From Vicugna vicugna (lineage: Eukaryota), in NCBI GenBank assembly GCA_013265495.1, contig MU059829.1, positions 4,236,409 to 4,300,408 of the forward strand: a DNA stretch of 64,000 bases. The letters are read 5' to 3'. A program made the position numbers and the translations under genes. Positions within the stretch are counted from its first letter, which is position 1; every line of letters starts with the position of its first letter. A model generated the notes under the pieces. That model was not told where the DNA came from. It searched no databases and saw nothing but the letters and a program-made list of their open reading frames with translations. Positions 37,546 to 51,280 of the stretch are shown here, piece by piece.

Positions 37546-38899
37546 CTCCACATGCCTACGCTTTTGCTTTTATGTGACTAATACCAGGACGAAGCTGTGA
37601 AAGATCCAAGGACGACACACGTGTGAAGGTGCTAAAGACATGGGGGAGGATGTTTTTCAATAACCAGACTGGAGGAAATGCATGCGTCCATCAAATTAAA
37701 ATGAAGATCAATAAATCACTTTACCAGAAGGCTCTTTGGTCTTAAAACTCATAATCAGAGTTTAATCAGAGGGAGTTCTTTCCTTTCGTTTGACTTAGAG
37801 CCCCGTTTTAGATTACTCTAAATTACCTTGCTCACTTTAATGTGGTTAATATTAATATAAATTTGTGATGCCAGCTGAACTGGAGTTTGATGCTAGAATA
37901 AAACCTGAATAATATGCCAATTACATGCAAACCACATGATTTGTAATCAGAATGATTGTGTCCAGGTCCTTCTTAATTCCAAATCAGCTTTATACTTTGA
38001 GAAAGACAGTCACAGGCCCCAAAATCTGTTTTGATAAAGTTGGACTTATTTTTTCTGGAAAATAAATATAAAGTGTCATCCCAAATCTCTCTTAAAATTA
38101 AAAAACGCACGATTTTTTTTGGCTTACACATCCACACACGCCTCATGACGATCTATCCCACCAATAAGTTACAAAATGTCGTCGTCTCCTAGTTTGGCTT
38201 CCCAGTTTTGCAGAAAGATGAATTCTTTCTATAATCTTCTAAGCACAGCATTCCATGGAGAGCTACCCACATACGTGTCACAGTAAACGAACGTGTTGCC
38301 AAGAACGCCCACCCGGGCGGCACTGATTGCTGAAGCCCAGAGTGGCTTAACTGGCTGGTCATGAGCCCTGTGCTCCTCTGTTAATCCTGGGGACAGGCAC
38401 GGAAGCTGGGACGGCATGGCAGGATGGGTGTTCCGAGGACCCTGTTCAGCCACCAGGGCTCCACGCGCTGGTCTGTGAGGTCTACGTCTTGGCAGGGGCT
38501 ACAAGCCAGCTGGTTATGTAAGAGGCGGTGCAATTAAAAACCACCAACAGAAAGTAAAGACTCCATGGGATTTAAAAGTCAGTCGTCGAAAGCATCGCTC
38601 TGTGGGCCCACAAGTAGCCTCTTTCAGACACCACAGCAGCTTTCGACACTGAGGCGCAGTGTTTCCTTGTGGATCCTGCAGTAAACACATGTAATGAAAA
38701 GTGGTCCTCCATTTCAAAAGATCACCGCGCCGCCCTCCCGGCGTTCTCGCTTCACTGTTCTCGCTTCCGTCTATGTTGACAGTTAAATACAGCCGACACT
38801 CTAATAGTTGGCCAAGTTTAAGACACAAGTGATATTCTCAGATTCATGACAATCTGGCTTCTGAGCAAATACGCACGAATTCTAAGTGAGACATTCACC

Positions 38900-39185
38900 C
38901 ACCAAATCCAGCAGGGCCTTAAAAGAGCATCGTAACCAAACCGCGTCTATCCTGGAAGCAGACAAAGGCCTTGGAATCACAAAATGTAACAGCGTGATTG
39001 ATAAATCAAGGGGAAAAACACAATTCACATGATACATGTCTCCCAAGCAGCAAAACATCCAAAACACATTCTAGGTAAAAACTCTTCACAAACTAGAAAT
39101 CGAAAGGAATGTCTCTAAAGTAAGGGTATCAGACCCTCACGGCAAGCGTTATATTCAACATGAAGCACTCACTTTCCTAGACTCA
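38900..39185 (+). mobile_element. Old L1 ORF2 (RT region) fragment
   Basis: aaatccagcag...taaaaactcttcacaaactagaaatcgaaaggaa matches the L1 RT region. Confidence 0.75.
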
Positions 39186-42100
39186 CACACATGCAGAGAC
39201 ACACACAGACACACACAGGCACGCGCTGCTCCTGGCTCAGCGCAGTGGCTGCAGGTGCGGCCTCTGAGAGCCGGGGCAAGCACGTGAGATTCTAGTTTTC
39301 CCCTCGAAGGCTGGATCACTGCCTTTTAAACAACATGAACACATTTTATATTTCTTATATAATTAAACACAAATGTAACATTTTTCTCAAAATGAAGGGA
39401 AAGAATGCACATCCTTCTAGAGACAATCAGGTGCCCGGCAGACACTGTCGGGGGAAGGGCTCCAGGCGGCGTGGGCACGTCCAGCACTCGGAGTCCAGTG
39501 GACGGCCTGCCAGCCCCACTCCCCAGGGCAGGGCGCCTGGGGACGTGCGCAGACCCTCCCCAGGAAGAGTCTGTCTCCGGGCTCTAGGCCGGACCTCCCA
39601 GAGTCCGGGTGCCTCCCCAGGACGGCTGCACCGGGATGCGATGCCCTCAGCCTGCTGGCCGTGCCTGGGAGGTGTGCTGGGCAGCTGGTGCCGTGGTTAC
39701 GGCGACGCTGGTGCGCCGTCCGGGCCCGCAGCACCGCATGGCTCTTGGTGAAAAGCCCGTGGGGCAGCCCACCTCAGGCTCGGGGGTGGTCGCTGCCCCG
39801 CAAACGCACACCCACTCGCATCGGGTGGACACCACGGACCCAGGGGCTGCCCCTCGGTCCGGGCGCTCACCCGGTCTGGGGGCTCGGCCGTCTCAGGCCA
39901 CCACGCGTCTCCCGTTATCAAGTCAGGTTGCTTCTGCTCCCTCGTCTTGCAGATTTTGCTGCCCTTTGAATGTGAGCTCCTATCTCTGAGTTGCCTTTCA
40001 TCATCCTGTTGAACAAGGGCTGACTGAAAAATAAGCAAACACGCACAGCCACACCTGCACAGGGACCGAACAGAGCACGGAAACCCCCAGCTGAAAACCG
40101 ACCCCTCCAAACAACGCTCCTAAGCCAAGGGGGCGGCGGGCCCTCGTCGGTGACAAGTACGAATGCAGGCGTATCCTGGGCCAGGCACCACCGTGTGTCT
40201 TCTCGGGCTCCTGGGCAGGGGCACTCAGGAGGCAGCGGGGCACAGCGCCCACAGGCAGCCGTGCGCGGGGTGAGCACTGCTCACTGAACACCCGCAGGGC
40301 CCGGGGTGGCGGCCCGGGCTCTGCTGACCGCAGGGCCACTGACAAATCCAGGCCGCCACAGCGAGCTGTCTCTTTCGGATCACGCCGGGTGGGGCTACCG
40401 CCGTCGGGTAAGAAGTACACACACACGCACACACAGGAAGTGCAAAACACACTCCAGATCAAATCTAAGTGTGTTCTCACCTACAGACACCGCCGTGCAG
40501 CCAAGCTGAGGAAAGGGAGGAAGGATAAACTCAACAGAGCAGCGTCTGTTCACCTCGGAGCGCCCACGAGGCCCGGCTCCCGTGGAGGAGAGACCCTCCC
40601 CAGGGAACATGTGAGCGTTTCCGCACAACGTTTCACGGGATTTCGTTAGACTTAGAGCAGCAAGTGTTCCTGAGGCTACTTTCCTGAGTTCTAAGAAAAG
40701 CGTATCATTGTCTTTAATTTTTAATCAATTTTACTTTTTTAGGGCTGTCTTAAACACAGGACTCCAGTTCTCATGACTGCACGCAAAGACAAGACAGGTC
40801 CGTGAGGAAGAGCTCTGTCCGCTGCAATCTGCTGATCCTGAAAACACTCTGCTACCAGTTGCCACGGCGCCTTCGAGGCGCAGGGCAGGCCCGCCTGACT
40901 CTCAGCATTTCCGATGCTTCTGTCCAAGAACAACGTCACGCTTTCAGGGTTTATTTCAACACCGACTGACAGAGAACTAGTAAAGGCTAGGCTTCCAGTT
41001 CTCTAAAACCGCCAGCTCTTAGCACTCCTCCCAGAGGGTGACTTGGGCATGGTGCGTGCTTGGGACCCTGGAAAAAGGCACTAAACTCTGCGGTTTCGCG
41101 GTTTCTGACACAGGCTCCCGGGTGTGTAAACAGCAAATGGCTAAATATTAAGTGTTTGGGCCACTCCTTTTTGAAAAGGCAAAAAATCAAAATAAACTTA
41201 TTTTTAACAAGAGAATGATGCTAGTTTAAAACGTTTCGTATGCTTTTTTCACTATTAAAAGATTCAAAAGAACGCACGACTTCTGACTCAGCTCAGATTC
41301 CACGCACGGCTCCATGAATCGTCAGCCCCAGCCAGGCCTGGACAGACACGTTAGGGGCGGCCTGGCTTGAACACACTGGGTTCTGAACCCGCAGGACGCC
41401 TGCGGGCACCCAGAGGCGGGTTCTGAGTGGGGCTGGGAGTGCGTCTGCTTGTGCTTCAACCCGGCAGCGGGTGTCAGGACTGCGTCCCAACGCCGCGAGT
41501 CGTGACTGAGAACGTGCCTGCCCGTCTCTCCTCCCTCTCCCCCACCCGCTCTGCGTGCCCGCCGGCCCGCCCCAGCCTCAGCCCCGTCGGTCCAGGCTGC
41601 ACCGCACGACCGCAAAGCAGTCTGCACTCCTCTGCACTGTTCTGCTTTCAAATTTCCAACACCTTCTATTTCATAAGTTACATCTGAGGCGACACATGAA
41701 GTCCCAAATGCAAAGATGAATCAACGTGCGTCTGTAACGAAACGGCCCTTCTTTCCCAGCCTCTGTCTGACACCACAGACAGGGAGGCCACCTGCTCACG
41801 CTGGCCTGAGCCCCGCCAGGCAGCAAGACCAAACGGCCCGTTTTCAGGAGCTGTGTGGGTTTCACCTGCTTGATGTGACTGGAAATAAACGGTTACACTG
41901 AACTCAAACGCAGTCTAGGGCTACTTACTGTTACGTAGCTCCAGGATATGAGGACACACAAACGTGGTGCCTGCGTCAGTAAGAAAGTAAACATAACGCT
42001 GTTATAGGCAATGCCACTCAGGGAACGGAAGACGCGCATTCTTCCACGAGAAGACCTTCCCTCAGGAGCTGAGTACTCAGGGGGTGTGGCGGGATTCCAG

Positions 42101-45100
42101 CTCCAAAGCTCTTAGCATAAAATGTGGGAGCCTTGCAGGCCCGGGGGGAGAAGTGCGCTCGTGAGCGTCTCTGGGGGCTCTGGTGCTCGCGGGAAGCTGT
42201 AAGAGCTCCTTTCCGGACTTGGGCGGCTGTGTGGGGCGGCCGGGAGCCACGTGGCGTCCGTCCTGGGAGAGGGGCCCAGCCTGCTGGCACGCAGGCGCTG
42301 GATGGTTTGGAGAACTGGGATGCAGGTCAGGGACAAGGAGGTGCTCCAAGTACGAGAAACGGCCGTCCAGCAGGTCAGAGGGTGGGAAAGGCGGCTGGGA
42401 CCGGAACTGAGTCCGGAAGTCAGGGCCTGGTTCCCGCTCCCTGCTCCCTGTGCCCAATGGGCCGGCCTCACGTCACCAGGAGAGAGGACAGCACGCAGGG
42501 TCGCACCCGGCAGGCAGATGAGACCAGTGAAGCCCCCAAGACACTCTCCATAATCCAAAAAGCAGTTGAAAACCGCAGGCTGAGGCGGGCGGCACGCGGA
42601 CTGGCTCACACGCTAGGTGGGCGGGGGGTCTGCAGGGTTTCCGTCAGTGAGGTGAGCGGTCAGCTTCCCAAAGGCAGGCACACGGGACCAAGGGTGAGGA
42701 GCAGGACCGGGTGAACAACAGCTGAGTGCTCGCTGCCTGCCTTCCAGGCCGACTTCGTGTGACACGTGGGGGGCGTGGTGTCCAGAACCCAGAGAGCCCC
42801 CCGCCACACGGACACAGGACTGACCAATCTGCCGTCCGAGGGGACAGTCCCGGGTGACACATGCCCTGCCCACGTCTCGTCAAGGGCTGCAGACCAGGGA
42901 TGAAAACGCCCCCAGCTTGTGCGAGCTGGGCCCCCTCGTGCCCCCTCTGCCCCACTCAGCGTTGCTTCCTGACCCTGCTGCTGGGTCACGAAGGAGCCAT
43001 GGATCCAGGCAGAGCTCGCCCTGAGGTGAATGAGGCCTCTTTGGCAGCCGAGGGAGCGTGTGAGCTGGTGGGGGGGGGGTGTGACGTGGACACAGCTCCT
43101 GGAAGTCGCTGCCCCCCGATCCAGTCCTCACCCCTGGGCGGAGACCCTCCCTGGGCCCCGCGGGGAGACAGTTTCTGCTGCTCGCCGCCCTCAGGCTCAA
43201 GGACACGCTTCTTCAGAATCCATGCCATCACATACTGCACGTGTCCCAAATGCATTTTAGAAGAAGGCACAACACCCTTCTGAGCGGAGGCCCAGCTCCC
43301 GACCCGGCCCCTCGGTCACCTGAACCCTAACGCTTCAAGGGACCCAGCGCTCAGGTCAAGACCACCGAGGACCAAAGCAGCCCATAAAACTCTTCAAAAT
43401 CCACCGTGACCGGGGGATCCACGTTATAACTTCACTGGGTCTACTCCAGCTGGAAAAGGGCACCCACTCTCTCTTCTTTACTTTGGAGTGTTTCTTCGCA
43501 TTTGCATTATTGATACTTATGTCTGCTTTCTGGAAAAGTAATTAAAAATCCATGAACAGACGCTACCCACTGGGGAGGCTACAAGCCCCGGCAGCGGGTA
43601 AGGGGGAGGTGCACCTGCCGACCCGCAGGACGGACACGGGCCTCCTCTGCCCTCCTTAGCGCCCCGCCCCCACGCCGGAGCCCCCAGGGCGGGGTCCCCA
43701 GGACATCTGGGCTCAAGCGCACCTCACTCGCCTCCATCCAGAGGACCTGCGCCTCCCCGACTCCTAAGCCACCCGTTTCTCCAGCTACGCGCCAGCTCCT
43801 CTTCTCCTGGGACCCCACGCGTGATGCTCCCAGTAATTTATTACCTGCTCCCAGCCTCTGGCTTCACTCCCTTGACACAGGGGAGGGCGTAGCCCAGCAG
43901 TGGTGCCTCCCAAGGCAGGATATGTTCACATCCCTGCTCAAGAGAGCGTCCGGGGCCTCAAAACTGGGAGCCCCACGCAGCCCCATTCTGCCACCATCCG
44001 GGCCGCACCCACAGGCCTGCTCCCCGAGGGCAGGTCAGAGAGACGCAGCTGGGTTTTCCAGCCCCTTCTCTGTGGCAGGTGTCCAGGAGCTGAGATGGCT
44101 GCGAGGGGTTTAACCCCAGAACCTTCAGACTCTGCAGAGAAGCTGTGGGTTTAGCCGCAGGCTGAGCAGCACGGCGATCTTTCAGCCTCCTTTTGCCAAA
44201 AGAGACCCGAGACTTCCCGTCTGCGTCTTCGGCCTAAGTTGCTGGCCGTCGGTGAGTTTTTGCTTTGGTTTGTGTCTTCCCATCAACCATGCTCAGATTC
44301 AAACCCGGCTAGTTTGTGCTCCGACCCCGCCGCGTCCCGCACGCTGTACTGGGTGTTTCCAAACACTGTCTGCCGCGTTCTTGCTGTGAGGGGTCTTCCA
44401 GGCCTGGAGGCTGAAGGGGCAGGTGAACGCCCGCGCCTTCCATACACTGCACGGCCCCTGCTTCGCAGACTTGAAACCCACACCCAGGTTTCCTGACTCC
44501 ACTTCCTCCTCACCCCAGACTGCCAGTGAAGCCAACGAGGACGCCGTTGTAGGTGCCACAGCAGGCAGAGCACGGTGCAACCGGGGCTCCCCGAGGAGCA
44601 GGTCAGCCCACAACGGCCGGCGGCCCCACGGGCATCCGGGCCGTGCACCCGCCACACTCGTCCCCTGCGAGCCTGGCCCTCTGCCTGGACCTCGGGAAGC
44701 AAGGTCCCCTTTCGTGCCCCCCCTCCACTGGCTATGAGGCCACAGTGAGAAGAGGGAGGAAGGCACAGAAAAGCCGCCCATCACTTAGTCACTCAACAAC
44801 CCCCTAAACCCGACGCGCAGCACCGACTGGACTCAGGGTGGAAGGGGTCGCTCCTCTGAGCCACGTTCAGGCCTAGGCGGGGGTCCACCTGCTGATGTCG
44901 GTCACGCCAGGTAAGTAACAGGCACCCGCTGGAGGCCGTGCTCTCGGAATCCACGGAGCCCCCCAAGACCCACCCCCCAGCGCTTCCAAGAACCTCTGTG
45001 AAACCCCCACGTGCTTGCTGGCGGACGCATCTCTCGTCAGGCGGAACAGCCCCTCATGACACCCACAGTGACGGCTCCCTGGTCACCGGTGCCCAGGCGG

Positions 45101-45499
45101 GACGTTCCCGTGTCTTCTGGGGATCGGGACCCGTCACTTCCTGTCACTGAGCACCCAGACACATCCAGCACACCTGTGCCATCCCTGCAAGGTGACAGGG
45201 GCTGAACACGGACCGGGGGAGGAGCAGAGCTCAGATCCCTGCAAACAAACCACCAAGGTGGACGTTATCACTTGTCATTCTTACACCTTAGGATGACTGA
45301 GGCTGACCACTGATTTGAACTCCTGTACCCAGAGCACCGGCCCCAGTTTTATGGGAGACGATGGTCCCCCTGCCAGGGGATGCTTGGCAGCACCTGTGTT
45401 TCATAGTTATAACTTTATTTTCTGGGTTATTTGGACTTCACTATAGAGTAGAAGAATCCCTGAGAATTCCACCGTATTTATGCCGTTTAACAAAATCGC

Positions 45500-45890
45500 C
45501 TCTGTGACAGGACAGGCACTGTGTTAAGAGCTTTACAGACACTCGTCCAGTCCTCATAACAACCTTGTGAGGTGGTGCCGGCAGGGCTGGCGGGGACCCT
45601 GTTCTGTGTCCTCACGTACAGTAAGGGTGGGGGCTCTGTGGGGTCTGCTATACGGGCACTAACCCATTCGTGGAGGCTCCACCCTCATGACCTCATCACC
45701 TTCCAAAGGCCCCTCTCCTGACACCATCACCAGGGGGTTAGGGTTCAAGGTGAATTTTGGAGGGACACAAACACAGTCAGTCCATAGCAGATCGTGACTC
45801 TTATGACCCAGATTATCAGATGAAAAGTCTGAGTCACCAGAGGTTAAGGAACAGGTCCAGGTCACACAGCCAGGAAACGGTGGGCCTGGG
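45500..45890 (-). mobile_element. MIR split by an MLT1A/MST LTR fragment
   Basis: caggcactgtgttaagagctttac...cctcataacaaccttgtgaggtgg (left part) and cagatgaaaagtctgag...ggttaagg...aggtcacacagcc (right part). Confidence 0.7.
45575..45789 (-). mobile_element. MLT1A/MST-type LTR fragment nested in the MIR
   Basis: ctccaccctcatgacctcatcaccttccaaaggcccc...gaattttggagggacacaaacacagtcagtccatagca. Confidence 0.85.
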
Positions 45891-46382
45891 GGCGTGGCCC
45901 GGAATCTGGGCCTTCCTCTGCCCCATGCTGATTCTCCAGAGAACAGGGGACTGGTTTCCATTACTGTCCTGGGGGCTGACAGGCACGTGGACAATGAGAC
46001 ACTGAGTGAAATCCCCCCATGGGCTTTATGCCCAATTTATTTCCCGATGCAGCCACGTTTGCATCCGGGCACCTGCTGCGGCTGCTCGGGCCCTGGGGCT
46101 CGGGTATCTGGGCGGGACTCGCCCTCCAGGTCTCAAGACACACAAGCCAGGCCGGCAACCGGGGCAGAACTCACAACACTGTCTTTCTTTTTCCCAGACC
46201 GTCTCCCGGCAAAGCAGGAAAGCCTCCCCTGGACCAGTGTGGGAGCTGCTCTCAGGAAAGTCTGCAAATACACTAGGATGAGATGGGCTATTTCGGCAAC
46301 GTCATTTCCCCAGGCTTTTCTGCCCCCTCCTCCTGCTCAGGACCTGGCCCTGCTCACAACTGTCATCTATGTCCCTTCCCCG

Positions 46383-46806
46383 TTTCCTTATTGCAGTAAA
46401 ACGCACAGGACATAAGTCGCCATGGTAGCCACTGGTACGTGCACCGCCAGGGGCGTCAGGTGCATCTCAATATTGTGTGACCATCCCCTCCGCTCCCTAA
46501 ATGGAGACTCAGGCCCTCCTAAACACTGACTCCCCGTCCCCCACCCAGGGCCCCGTCGTCTACCGTCTGTCTATGCATCTGACTCCTCCTTGCACGAGGG
46601 GATCCTGCACCGAGTCCCTCTGTGGCTGGATTATTTTGGGGGTGGAACGTCCTCGGTCGGGCCCACCCACACTGGATCACGGGCCAGAATCCCCTTTCCC
46701 TCTGGGGCTGAACAAGTCTCCACCATGTGGAAGGACCACGTTTGCTACCTCGCACCTGTGGATGGACACACCATGGCTTCCATGTTTTGGCCGCTGTGAA
46801 TGTGGG
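46383..46806 (-). mobile_element. L1MB-type 3' end fragment
   Basis: ttattgcagtaaaac...ttgtgtgaccatc...gctggattatt...ggatggacac...ttccatgttttggccgctgtgaat. Confidence 0.75.
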
Positions 46807-49357
46807 TGTAATTTACATCCTTCCCATGAGTTGAAAGAAGGCCCTGAAATTAGGATGGTTTCTCCAAAACACAACAATGCAGAACAAACAGAAGCCAAGC
46901 TGGGGCTCCGGCTCTTTTCAGAAAGGTCTCAGGACAAGCGCGGACTCCCCCGACGTCTGCCCTGAGGGAGGAGAGCTGAGACCACTCTCTGGTTTAACTA
47001 CCACAGCCAGGGCCCCCGCCTCAGAAAAGCAGCAGCCAGCGGTCCCGCAGGGGACCCGCTCTGACGTGCCCTCGGGCTGCTCCTGCCCCCGAGCCCAGCC
47101 TGGGCACAGGAGGTGCTGCCATTTAACAGGGAGGGGCGGTGTCCTTGGCACGAGGCAAGTGAAAATGGTGAAGGTGTGCAATTTATGAAAAGGCTCCACT
47201 GTAGGGGAGCCAGGAAGAGAAGAGAACCAGAGCTCCAGGCCCCGAGCAGGCAACCACGGCCACACACAGCTGCCTGCCAGCCGGCCGCCCTGGCCTTCCC
47301 ACCAGGGACTCCGCTTCAGCTCAGGGGGCAGGAGCACCTGCCTCAGGCCAGGACGCAGGCGCCCACTCTGAGCTGCGGCCTCTCTGTGAGTGTGGGTCAG
47401 ATGTGACCCACTCGGCTCAGTGACCGGCCCACACAGGAGGGCTTCCATCGGACAAGGCGGGAGGCTCGGCCCTGTCCGCTGAATGCGTATCTGACCCCAC
47501 CCCAGGCCGGCCTCCTGGCCCCCGGGGGCAGGCGCACTGCCGAGGAGCCTCCTCCACTGCAGGGGCTACAGGTCCAGCCCTCACCCTGCGCCCTGCAGGG
47601 CGACCAGCTGCAGAGCCTTCCCAGGACCCTGGGGCCCCCAGTCCCTCAGTGCCCCCACATCACAGATGCAAACTCAGCCTCCAAACAAAGCTGAGCAGAC
47701 TCCACTGCCAGCCGCCCCCTCCATACGCGCCGCTTTAAATACATTCCTGGCTTTCATTGTTGGTGTGTGTGCGAGTTTCCCGACCCGAACAGCACACAAG
47801 TCACATCTCATTAGGGAGGGAAATCCATTTTTGGTGCCTGTAGCTCTGCCTTCTCGACGCAGTAAACAGATTTGCTGTAATGGACCGTCTGTCCTTGCTC
47901 TCCTCGTTCACTAAGACTCTTCCCAGAAGGAAACATGTCTGAAGTGCCTAAGAAACCCGCTTCCAGGACCCTTAGAACCTTATTCACCACGGGGTCCAAA
48001 CGGCTCCCCTGACGTCTCCCTGACACAGCCGTCCCAAGGCCCCAGCAGGGCGCAGCTCACCCCTCCGGGTCACCAACCCGGCTTCACCCGCAAAACCGTC
48101 CTCAGCAGCTCCCTTGTTTCCAAAACCCCACAGACACCCACAAAGCGTGAGTTTGCCAGGGGACACACGGCACACGAGCACACTGTGCAGGCCCCAGGGG
48201 TCCATCCCTCTGCAGTCACTCCCGAGGACGCCTACCGGGTCAGCAATAGGTCAAGAGCCCCCGGGGACCCTTACACAGGTCCTTGATCCTCGGGACAGTT
48301 TGACTCATCGGGTCATTTTCAATTAACCCTCATTCCCTATCTAGAGAAACACACTCCCTCAACCCCATTGAGAGCTGGGCAACAATTTCCTCCAGAACCA
48401 CAGGGCCGTGCTGCCAGCTCCCCTCCGGGACCAGCAGCCGGAAGTTATCTGAAGCCACAGACCACGTTCACTACACGGAGGCACTGGGCCCTCCGACCGC
48501 CTGACGTGCCGTGCACGCCCACAAGGCGTTGTTGATGTGGCGGTGCTGAGCGAGGGTCCCAGGAACTCACACGGCCCCCCTGCAGGCACCTGACCCCACC
48601 CACTGGTCTGACAGGTGGTGACCAGGAGGCCCAGGGCAGACAGGCATCTGGAGCAGGAGGAGAGGGTGCATCTAAAGTGGCCCCAGTGCCCCTGAGGCCT
48701 TGGGGAGGAGGAGTTTCACCCCCAGGGTCTGGGTGTGGTCCCAGCCCTCCCGGAAGGTGACACACTGAGGTCTGGGCTGTGACTTGAATGTTGATAGTTT
48801 TACTTCCCAGATGCAGGCTAGCATCATGAAAAAACATCGTTAACAGCATCCACCAAGTAAACAACTCACTCATTGGATTCAAGCAGCCACACGCGTTTCC
48901 GCAGGCCCTGCTCCAGGCGGCGTCTGGGAGGCGTCTGGGCGCCTAAGCCCCTTTGCTGTCGGGACCGGCTGCGCGTCCTTCTGGGAGCTTGACGGCCTTC
49001 CTGCCTCCGCACTGTGCTCCCGTCCCACGAAGCCCTGAACCCCGTGGGCAGGTCCCCGAGCCGCGGGACAGCGACCAGAGGGGCCTTCCTGCTCAGCTCA
49101 CAGTCCACCCCAGGCCCCGTCGTGATTTCAGGGCTTTATTCTCACTCATGAAAAGCTGGAGTTCCGCTGGCGAGCGGGCCGGCTGGTAAATCTCGGGGTA
49201 CAGCAGGCACGAGGCCCTAGTGTGGCCCCGTGGGACCTCTGTCCTCACTCTCACTGCCCCTCCGAGTTTCAGGGGTGCTGGCTGCAGGAATTCTCTCGGC
49301 ACCAACGGGAGGAAAGCTGGGGCTCGAGGGAGGCTGCAGACGGAGCAGGCGTCCTAC

Positions 49358-49654
49358 CTCCTCCCCCTCCCTGGGGAGGGGGCACCCACAGGCCAGGGCG
49401 CACAGCAGCCGCGGGGACCTCCGACCCCGCCTGCCAGGCCAGGCTTCGTCCTCCGCGGGTGGGCGAGCGTGGCCTCCCAGGTGCTCGCCCGGACTAACCG
49501 AGCCGGTAGTGCAGGGCCCGCGTCTGCGCTGGGCTGGCTCCGCCCCCAGGGCACCTGCTCTGCCCGCGCCCACGAGGCTCGAGTCCGCGACAACAGGTCC
49601 TGGGACTGGACTGCGGGTCCAGGCTCTCTCCACGTGGGGCCGTCGACTCTTCAT
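49358..49654 (-). CDS. Candidate first coding exon, 99 codons (MKSRRPHVERAW...REGEE|)
   Basis: ATG at 49654, about 70-100 nt downstream of the GC boxes; phase-0 donor GAG|gtagga. Protein not recognised, and GC-rich DNA is often open by chance. Confidence 0.15.
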
Positions 49655-49810
49655 AGTTCAGTCCTGGCGCCGCTCCCCCGCCGGCCTCCCCTGGGCCCCC
49701 GCTGGATCAGGAGCCGGACCGCCTCGGCCCCGCCTGCGGCCCCAGCCCCGCCCCCCAGTGCGCGGCCCCGGGACCCGCCGGCCCGGCCCGTGCTCCCTGA
49801 CCCAAATGCC
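49380..49810. promoter_or_regulatory. CpG island with GC boxes; putative promoter
   Basis: Highest CpG/GC density in the window, with no transposon similarity; Sp1-type ggccccgcct and agccccgccccc near 49725-49755. Confidence 0.6.
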
Positions 49811-50400
49811 ACCCGCTTCTGGTGACAGCTTCCCCCCACAACCGAGGGGCCCCAGAAGGACGAACATGAGTCTCAGAGGACTCACTCAGGACTCGCCCTC
49901 ACCAGAGGCCACACCAAACGGCCTTTCGTGCCTCCCGCGTGCAGAGCCCGGGCCCCGCCCCCAGCAGGTGCGTCCTCCTAAGTGTCCAGGCACCGGCCAC
50001 CCCCCGAAACTGCATGTTCCTGGGGAAAATGTCGCTGGGGTTTTGGGCTTGAGACACTCCCCCCGGAAGTCTCCGAACGCCACCAGAGGGGATGCAAACC
50101 AGCCCAGCCTGGACCCGGGGCACCGCGCGGCTGCCCTGCCCACCCTGCGTCTCCTCCGAGACCCCAGGCGGCTTCCCGCCCCCGTGGCCCCGGGGTGTCT
50201 CCTTCCGAGTGAAGACATCACCTCCCAGGGCTGAACTCAGCGTCTGAGGCTCCTTCTGCGGCCCCGGGTTCGCCCATCCTCCCGTCCTACGGGGAGCAGG
50301 GCTGAGGGCCCAGCGGACGCCCCACCCCCACCCCAGTGGTCGGAGGCCTTCATTTCCTTGCTGCTGCGGCTCTGCTTTGTGATTCACTGTGAGCTCTGGC

Positions 50401-50472
50401 AGGAGGGAGGGGGAGGGGAGGAGACGGGGAGGAGAGGAAGGGGAGGAGGGAGGGGGCGGGGGAGGAGGGAAG
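50401..50472. repeat. G/A-rich tract with G-quadruplex or triplex potential
   Basis: aggagggagggggaggggaggagacgggg...gggggcggggggaggagggaag. Confidence 0.85.
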
Positions 50473-50910
50473 CCAGAGGCCAGCCCACCGCCCCTCCCTG
50501 TCTCGCCCCACTAGCCTCCTCCGAACCAGTTGCAGAAAGTCAGCTCTAGGATTTGAAGATTTTAGACACCAAATTAAGATCTTCAGCTTTCAGCTCAGGA
50601 GAACACATGTCTACGAAAGTTTCAAATCGTAACAAATTAAAGGAAACGATTCACCATCTCTGAAATTGTACTCAAGGCATGCGTCTTTCATCTGACTTGG
50701 TCTCTCTACCTGGTCTTACAGAGGGCGCACTCCTCACACTGAGTGACTTCAGACAGATACATATATATATATAGATACAGATATTTCTATACAAAGAGAT
50801 TTAGAGTAGGTATTTTATAGTCTGTATTATTCCATAATAGGACTTTTCTCTTTATTTGAGCATTCCCCATGGGACTGAATGTTCCTCTGTGATAAGAGAC
50901 ATGCTGGCTG

Positions 50911-51280
50911 CTTTATTTGTGGTAAAATAAACATAAAATTCCCTATTCTGCACTATTTTTAGGTGTGCAGCTCAGTGGCATTAAGCGCATTCCACCTGTG
51001 CAGCCCTCACCACCACCCTCTGCAGAACTCTCTCATCACCCCAAAGTGAACCTCTGCCTCTGGTAAATGCTGACTCCCACCCCTCTCCCAGCCCTGGCCC
51101 CACCGTCGACCTCCTTCTCTATAAGCCTGGTGGCCCCAGGGATGTCACATAAGTGGGGTCCTGCAGGCTTTGTCCTTCTGTGCCTGGGTCACCTCCTGAG
51201 CACAGTGTCCTCCAGGCTCCCCCCTGCTGCAGCCTGTGTCAGAGTGTCCTTCCTTTTCACGGCTGAGTAATACTCCACTG
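50911..51280 (-). mobile_element. L1MB-type 3' end fragment
   Basis: tttatttgtggtaaaataaacataaaattccc...gctcagtggcattaagcgcattc...ccttccttttcacggctgagtaatactccactg. Confidence 0.9.

Noticed and set aside
47392-47411. Inverted repeat gtgggtca-gatg-tgacccac as an oestrogen response element
   Set aside because: Spacer is 4 nt rather than 3; one 8-bp inverted repeat is expected by chance.
49230-50234. Longest ORF (334 aa, + strand)
   Set aside because: Starts at GTG, is Pro/Arg/Gly/Ala-rich, spans the CpG island where stop codons are rare, and has no recognisable domain.
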